A stretch of DNA of 64,000 nucleotides from an uncultured Gammaproteobacteria bacterium (GTDB lineage: Bacteria > Pseudomonadota > Gammaproteobacteria > CAWCPV01). Below, piece after piece: positions 57,532-64,000 of this stretch (position 1 is the stretch's first letter; every line of letters begins with the position of its first letter). The position numbers and the translations under genes were made by a program. Where the stretch lies: positions 1-64,000 of the forward strand of contig CAWCPV010000003.1 in NCBI GenBank assembly GCA_963797555.1, written 5' to 3'. Under the pieces are notes generated by a model. That model did no database searches. It worked only from the letters and a program-made list of their open reading frames with translations, and had not been told where the DNA came from.

Positions 57532-58160
57532 GGCCGGCGCGTCCACGTCGTGCAGGGTCTGGGCGGGCTCGGCAAGACCGCGTTGTGCGTCGAGGCCCTC
57601 AAAGTCTACCGCCGGCAGGGCCGCGAGGTCCTCCACCTCTGGTGCGCCGAGGTGGAAGAGTCCGCGGATGCGGTGGAGGGGCTGGTCCGCCAGCTCGAGC
57701 AGGCCGCCGCGCCGCTGGCCGGCGAGGTGTGGGACGCCCTGCTCGCCGGCCTCGACCAGGTGGCCGCCGCCCATCCCGACCTGCAGCGTCCGGCCGGGCG
57801 CCTCGGGGTGCTCCTCGCCGCCCTCCTGGCCCGCGAGGGGCAGGGGCCGCTGGTGCTCTACCTGGACAACCTCGAGTCCCTGCTGACTGCGCCCGAGGCG
57901 GAGGACGCCTTCGGCGACTGGCGCGACCCCGAGTGCGCCGCCCTGTGGCGGGTGCTGCGAGAACGCGCCGCGGCCTCCGCGGGACGCCTCGCGCTGCTCG
58001 CTTCCTGCCGTTACCGCCACCGAGACTTCGCCGACGTGCTGCTGCCTTTGCGGCGGCTGCCGCCCGACGCCCTGTGGCGGCTCATGGGGTGGTTTCCCGG
58101 GCTGCGCCGCCTCTCCCGCTGGAGCCTCAAGCGGCTGGTGGAGGGGCTCGCGGGCCACCC
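57532..58160 (+). other. Inverted internal segment of the CHAT-STAND-TPR gene
   Basis: Plus strand reads RRVHVVQGLGGLGKT..LVLYLDNLESL..LAGHP, the missing middle of the minus-strand gene. Confidence 0.85.
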
Positions 58161-59973
58161 CTGGCGCAGGTCCCGGCGCAAGGCGTGCAGCTCCCGGCGG
58201 CGTCCCACGAAGCCCTGGCGCAGGATGCGGGTGCGCGACCCCGGCGCCACCTCCTCCTCGAGGCGCTCGGGGGGAGCCTCCACGGTCTCGGTGTACCGCT
58301 TGGGGATAGGGAGCCCGAGGGGATAGTCGGGGCCGCGGTGGTAGAAGACGAGCTGGGCCCAGGCAAAGGGGGTTAGGCCACCGGAGGCTCCGGAGGCGTC
58401 GCGCAACACCTGGCGGGCGTCGGGCACGAGCGGCCGGGCCATCGCCTGCCGGGCGGCGCGCACCGCGTCGCGGGTACGCCGGCCGCGGGCGATCTCGCCG
58501 TAAAAGGCCGCCTCCGCCCAGGTGGACTGGGCGTCGTAAACCGGGCCGAAGTAGGCCACCACCTGAGCCACGCCGTCGCGGTGGAGCAGCGCGGCGGCGG
58601 AGGCGATGCCGGCCTGCTCGCCGGCGCCCAGGCTGGGGGCATCGCCCCCGTGACAGCAGGCGAGGTAGAAGAAACGCGGGAACCGCGCCGGTGCGGCGCG
58701 GCGCATATCCTTCAGCAACCGGTCGACCGGCACGCCGTCCTGGCCGCCGAAGGCGTCCTCGAACACCAGCTCGCCCGGCCCGCCGTGGCCGGAGAAGTGC
58801 ACGCCGAGCGGCGGCGGGTTGGCACGCAGGCCCTCGACCAGGTCGTCCAGCTCCCCCATCTCGTTGACCTGCACCCCGACATGATCGTGCAGCGCCCGGG
58901 TGATGTAGTAGCTCTCGGCCTCGTAGTCGAGCCCGCTGCCCTCGGGCGCCGAAACGTTGATGAGCAGGCGCACCGGCTCCGCGGGCGGGGCGAGGACGGG
59001 TGTCCCTGGGGCGGGGACCGAGCGCGCCACGTCCAGGCGTCCTTCCTGCACGGCGTAACGACCTTCGAGCCGCAGCAGTTCCCAGGGGAGGGCCAGGATG
59101 AAGTCGTCCGCGCTCTCGATTACCAGCAGTGGCGGCGGGCCGTCCCCGTGGGCGGCCGCGGTGAGCGTCTCGGCCTCTTCGGGGGCGAGCACTCGCCCCA
59201 GCGCCTCGCCCAGCGCGAGAGCATGGGCCTGGACCGCCTGGCGCTCGCCGTCGTCCTCGATGGCGCGCCGGCTGAGCCGCCAGAAGCCCTCCAGGGCGGG
59301 GCCGAAGCCCGGTGTCGCGGCCCAGGGCACCGGTACCGTGCGGGAGGCGCCTCCGGCCTCCGACCGGCTCGCCGCGATCTCCCAAGCGGAGCGCGCTTCG
59401 TCGGCATAGCCGATGGAAAGGGTCAGGGTGGGCAAGGGCACCGCGCCCGGCACGTCCTGGGCCTTGAGGACCCCACCCTCCAGTTGGGCAATCAGCTCCG
59501 CCGTCAGCTCGGTGATGCCCGGAAACACGTAGACCCGGTTGTCGTCCCCGGTGATGATGACGTTGCCGTGCGCATCGTGCCCGATGTGCACCTGCCTCTC
59601 CCCGTTCATGCGCCCCCTCCTGCTCCCTGCTGCGCGCTTCGCGCGGCCGGAATTAGGGTCGGCTTTCCCGCCGACCACGGCACCCAGGTTGGAAGTTTAA
59701 CCTGCCCCGGGCGGACGGTAGGCTTCCCGTCTTGGGTGGCGTTACCGAATCCAGCGGCCCTCCCGGAGGGGCGGCTAGGCTCCCGCCGTCGTCCACTCGC
59801 GAGTGGCCAGCAGACCGTCCTCGTGCAATACCAAGTTACCCCTGCGGTACCGGACCGCCGTCGGCCTTCCAGCCTCCTCCGGGGCTGCTGACCATGCCCG
59901 GCTTCCAAGAATGAACAGCGCGTGTCACAGACCCAAGAGGCGGAACCGATGTGGTCCTTCCAAGCCCGACACG

Positions 59974-61181
59974 TCATGGCCACCAGCGGCCCACATCCCC
60001 AACGGCGTGCGCGACCTCTACCAGTGCCTCTGTGCCGCCCATGCCGGCAATAACCGGTGCGCTTGGAACCAAGACTTGCAGCATTTCATAACGCGATCCG
60101 AGCATGGCAGCCGCCACCAGGCCACTCCAGCGGAAGTGCAGCATTTGGCGCGGCAGCTCCACAAACCCGGCAAAGCAGGACAGGGCCTTGGCTCGCAAAT
60201 TCTGATCCCCGATGCCCCGCGCCACCCCTAAGGCTTGCCCGAGCAGCGGCTCGGGCAGGTGCGGCAACAGATCCGCCAGGACCCCGGCCCGCTCGGACTC
60301 ACTCCCGATGCGCCGCATCGCCTCCAGGGTTTCGGCCAGAACCGAGGCGCGCAGCGACTCTGACAGGTACGGGCGCCAGTCGGCCGAGGGCCTCGGCACG
60401 CTCATACCCATCCCCGATAATGCCGCGCGCGCTCGCTGAAGAGCGGCTCCAGGCGCGCAACCTCGCGCGGCACGTCGACGTTGAGGGCGACCGGGACCGG
60501 GCGCTGGGTGGCGACGACGTAGACGCCCTGGGGCAGGCCGCGCGGCAGCGCGAGTACGTTCTCCCCGCTTTCGGCGGGCAGCTCGTCGAGCGCGTCCACC
60601 GCCAGGACGATGGGCTCGTCCGCGCGCTTGGCGTCGCGTTTCGCCGCAGCCTGCTGGAGCGGCCGGCTCAGGTAATTCGGCTGGCCGGCGTGCTGCGGAA
60701 GCGCCGCCACCTCGGACTCGAGCAGCCACGCCCGCAGGAGCTGGGCGGCGAGGCTGCGGCGGGCGGTGGCCGGGTCGTGGCCGCCGGGGAGCTCCGGGAA
60801 GTGGTGCACGTAGGCGCGCTCGCGCACCAGGTGCGCCAGGTAGGCGGTCTTTCCCAGCCCGGCGGGCGCCTCGATGACGAAGTAGCCGCGGTCATGGGTG
60901 CGCAGAAAGGCATCCAGGCGCTCCGTGAGCCAGCCCCGCCCGGCGAAGCGCTCCAGGTGCACGCGCTCGAACACCTGGGCCGGCGAAAGATAAGCGTCGA
61001 GCAAGGGCTGGTCCGGGCCGACGAACACCTGCTCCGCGCTGATCAGCAAACTGTTGACGACGTTGCCGCCGACCTGGATGCGCCGGTCGTGGATGATGCT
61101 GTGGTCGCCCTGGACGATGTTGCCGAGGTTGTCCCCGTGCACGTCGGCCCGTCGGTCAGGGCTTTGCGGTTTGCGGAACAT
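59974..61181 (-). pseudogene. STAND/NACHT-like NTPase with N-terminal amyloid-like motif; apparent large internal deletion near 60410
   Basis: FAGRGWL, APAGLGKT, LAVDALDE, LPQGVYVVATQRP joined abruptly to helical-repeat C-terminus ending VGRWWP. Confidence 0.7.
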
Positions 61182-61191
61182 CGGCTCGGCG

Positions 61192-62539
61192 CTATTCCTT
61201 GGCCTGGTCCCGGCGCCCGTCGCGGGACACGCGCACGCCGTCGCCGCTGATCAGCGTGCTGCCAGTGACGTCGCCCCCGACCTGGATGCGACGGTCGTGG
61301 ATGATGCTGTGATCGTCCTGGACGTTGTCGCCCTCCACGTGGACGTGGCGGCTCTGTCGGGGCTCGCGACGGCGCCGGAGCCAACTCCTTCCGAGCCAGC
61401 CCAGACCGCCCAGCAGGAGGGCGGTGCCGATACCCGAGAACAGTGCCTCCCAGTGGGCGCCGACCCAGCGGCGCAGCGATGCCCATGCCCCCTGCCCGTC
61501 AGGAGTGGATGCGCTCGGCCCGGTCGGGTTCTCTCGCACTGCGATCGCGGTGGACGAGGCTCCCGCGCCGATGGTCTGGACTGGCGTACCGATCAATACC
61601 TCCCGCTGCGGACCGCTTGTCGCGCAGCGCTTGCCCGCTTCCGCCGCCGATGTCTCCTTCAGCTTGAACACGAAATCTCCGCGGGACAGCTCGTAATCCT
61701 TGATGGTGCCGAACTGCGGCGTCTGAGCTTCATGCTCAGACACGGTATTGCGGAGGTAGAGCCCGAGTCTCCATACCGGTGACGTAACCGTCGCAGTCCA
61801 GGTCCCCCTTTCCGAAGCGCAGCGCGTCCACGAAGGCCGGCGCGAAGACGCTGCGCGCCGGCACGGTCTCATTGGCGCTGCCGGCGGTGATGAATTCCCG
61901 CACCGGCTCGGCCGTGATACGCGCGATGTGCGGGGGCTGCTTCGGCAGCTCACGCGCCTGGAAGACCATCCCGGAGAAACAGCTATCGAACAGGAACAGG
62001 TCGTGCTTGGCCTCGATCTCCCGCGCCCAGAGCAGCACCTGCTCCATACTCACGGCCTTTGCCTTGAAGCCGTTGGGGTCCGCGTCGGGGCTGGGCGCGT
62101 CCACGGGGACGATATAGCCCATCTCGATCCCGTCCTCGCGCTTCAGCGTGTAGCCATGACCGGCGAAGAAGAACACCAGCCGGTTGTCGTACACCCGCCC
62201 GTAGCGGTCGATGAAGTCCACGAAGGCCGCGCGGAGCTGCTGCGCGCTGGCGTCGAGGAGCTTGACGACCTGGAAGCCCTGCCCCTTCAGGGTCGCTTCG
62301 ACCTGGTCCAGCTCACCCGGCACGCTCTCCAGGTCCGGCCAGCCCCCCCTGTAGTCGCTCTCGCCGACGAGCAGCGCGTGACTCTCCCGGTAGAGGCCGA
62401 CCTGTTGCCCGCTCGGGTCCGTCACCACGACCACGCCGCGCTGGAGGTCATCGGCGCCCGGCAGGGCACCGAACCAGAGGACGGCGAGCACGGCGAGGAT
62501 GCTCCCTCCCTTGCGAGCGCGTGCTCTCCGGTTATTCAT
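61192..62539 (-). CDS. Signal peptide-caspase(C14)-TM-amyloid-like-motif protein (one frameshift near 61770)
   Basis: HALLVG, FFAGHG, FDSCFSG, REFITAG, DGYVTG, RGDFVF; TM ALFSGIGTALLLGGLGWLG then RSWLRRRR; tail DHSIIHDRRIQVGGDVTGSTLISGDG. Confidence 0.82.
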
Positions 62540-63009
62540 GACTCCCCCCGGCATCGGCCGGCTGCCAATGCGCGAGCCTGGACCGCTGTTCCAGCCAGAT
62601 ATCGGCCTCGCTCGCCCAATCGAAGGCGCGGGTCGGTCGGGGCGATGCGGGAACGACGGCCGCCCGACCACCAGTCCTGGCTTGCGTCGCGGACGCAGAG
62701 GTGACGATGCTTAGCCTCTTCCGCTGAGGTGCTCGCGAAGGCTCGCGAACCTGTCCACCCGCCCAAGACCCGATCCTCGTCCTGCGGAGCGGAGTGGTCA
62801 AGACTGACAGCGCTCATAAGCGACCCGCCGGGGGGTCCGTTTGGCGCGCGCGGTTTATCGGTGCGACCGAGCAGCCTCGGACCGACCACGGACCGTCGGG
62901 CTTCGGGGCTCCGTGCACCCTCAAGGAGTGGGTGTTAGACTCGCCGGTGATGGGAACCCAGTTCCAAAGGCGCTCGGCCGAAAGGGCGACACTCAAGGGG
63001 AGGAAGGGC

Positions 63010-63387
63010 GTGCAAGAATTCCTGAACTCGAAGTCGATGCTCACTCCCGGAGCCGCTGGCGCGACCACGACGCTCATCACGGGCACGCTGGTCAGCCAGT
63101 TCGGGCTGCCCGGCAACTGGACCGGGCTCGCGACCAGTTTCCTCATCGGGCTCATCGTCTGGGCGGACAAGAGCCTGCCCGTTGTCCAGCGCCTCTTCGT
63201 TTATGTGGTCAGCTCCATGGTCATCTTCTCGGTCGCGATCGGGCTCAACGAGGCGGGCCGGGCGGCGACCCAGCCGAAGCAGCCGCCGGGGTATCAGACG
63301 AGGGAGGTCCCGAGGGAAGCCCCTCCCCAGAAGGAGGCGAAGCCGTTCTTCCAGAGCTGGTTCCAGCGCCAAGGTGAGACTCGCTAG
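63010..63387 (+). CDS. Small membrane protein
   Basis: GTG after GGAGGAAGG; EFLNSKSMLTPG start, 2-3 TM helices. Confidence 0.6.
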   Translation: MQEFLNSKSMLTPGAAGATTTLITGTLVSQFGLPGNWTGLATSFLIGLIVWADKSLPVVQRLFVYVVSSMVIFSVAIGLNEAGRAATQPKQPPGYQTREVPREAPPQKEAKPFFQSWFQRQGETR

Positions 63388-63419
63388 GAAAGTTCTGCCG
63401 AGGGTTGCCGGGTGACGGC

Positions 63420-64000
63420 ATGACCAAGCTCCCCTGTTGGGCGGCCCGCACGTCGGCATCCCTGCTATTCATGCTGCTGCTCTCGGTTGGCGGGTTCGCG
63501 TGCCACGGCCCCCCGTCCGGGGACGAGGACATCTCACTCGCGAACTGCCCCCTCGGACCGGCGGTGGAAACCGCTGGGCACCAACGTCTCGCCCTCATCG
63601 TCGGCGTGGGGGATTATCGGAGCGAGCGGGTACCGGACCTCGCCGGGCCGCCCAACGACGCGCGGCGCATCTACGAGCTGCTCACCGGAAAGGGTGGCTA
63701 CGGCTTTCCGAAGCAGAACGTCTGCTTGCTGCTCGACGCCGAGGCGACCACCCGGCGTTTCCGGAAGGTGTTCGAGAAGGCGCTGGTGGACCGGGCGCAA
63801 CCAGACGACGTGGCGGTGTTCTACTTCGCGGGGCATGGCTCGCAGACACGCGACAGAAACGGGGACGAGCCGGACGAGTGGGACGAGACCTTCCTGTTCC
63901 ACGACGCGCGCACTCCGGGCGTCCATGACCTGGTGGACGACGAGCTGAACCGGATGCTCGCGCACCTGCACCACAAGACCCATCACATCGCGGTCATCCT
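63420..64000 (+). CDS. Exported caspase-like peptidase C14, runs off window end (frameshift after the leader)
   Basis: Leader ending GGFAC; RLALIVGVGDY, NDARRI, FYFAGHGSQ..DEPDEWDET, LVDDEL. Confidence 0.85.
   Translation, partial: MTKLPCWAARTSASLLFMLLLSVGGFACHGPPSGDEDISLANCPLGPAVETAGHQRLALIVGVGDYRSERVPDLAGPPNDARRIYELLTGKGGYGFPKQNVCLLLDAEATTRRFRKVFEKALVDRAQPDDVAVFYFAGHGSQTRDRNGDEPDEWDETFLFHDARTPGVHDLVDDELNRMLAHLHHKTHHIAVI

Larger units (their letters stand above)
55953..59609 (-). pseudogene. CHAT protease-STAND NTPase-TPR protein with internally inverted NTPase segment
   Basis: LPWELL, VHFSGHG, LACCHG, FVGRRREL; Walker A/B found on the opposite strand; C-terminal 48-aa repeats; N-terminal IITGDDN motif. 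Confidence 0.8.

Noticed and set aside
57532-58160. Recombinase-driven invertible (shufflon-like) element
   Set aside because: No flanking inverted repeats beyond about 2 bp and no recombinase nearby; kept only as an unexplained inversion
24095-61250. Many long overlapping ORFs (e.g. 24095-25693, 29516-31009, 45681-48050, 50853-52463, 60057-61250)
   Set aside because: Antisense or alternate-frame shadows of real genes in very GC-rich DNA; no motifs

Overview
The window looks like two different DNAs joined near 17.76 kb, and single-base frameshifts throughout suggest an unpolished long-read consensus. (1) 1-17.76 kb is a lower-GC housekeeping segment: dacB-like peptidase, PrsW, PEP-utilising enzyme, VWA protein, hydrolases, msrB, phenylacetate-CoA ligase, enoyl-CoA hydratase and a truncated dinB. 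(2) 17.76-64 kb is a very GC-rich conflict/cell-death island. It holds five caspase-like C14 peptidase genes or fragments (four with predicted export signals), two CHAT proteases, an IS200/IS605 element and a contractile injection system (CIS) operon bracketed by two Ig-TM-PASTA membrane proteins. It also holds five STAND/NLR-like NTPases and a complete diversity-generating retroelement (target2-RT-avd-TR-target1) whose two variable repeats differ from the template only at adenines (plus one extra base in VR2). The most striking pattern is a set of matched short amyloid-like motifs (DTGGG...GxV...GRD; DHSIIHDRRIQVGGxV; GxxxxGxxI[I/V]TGDxN). These motifs are shared between the cytoplasmic tails of two signal-peptide/caspase/TM proteins and the N-termini of the neighbouring NLR-like proteins, including both DGR targets. 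This suggests hypervariable NLR-like sensors coupled by amyloid motifs to extracytoplasmic caspases (inference). Several island genes carry rearrangement scars: a ~630-bp internal inversion, a 181-bp replacement, and deletions.
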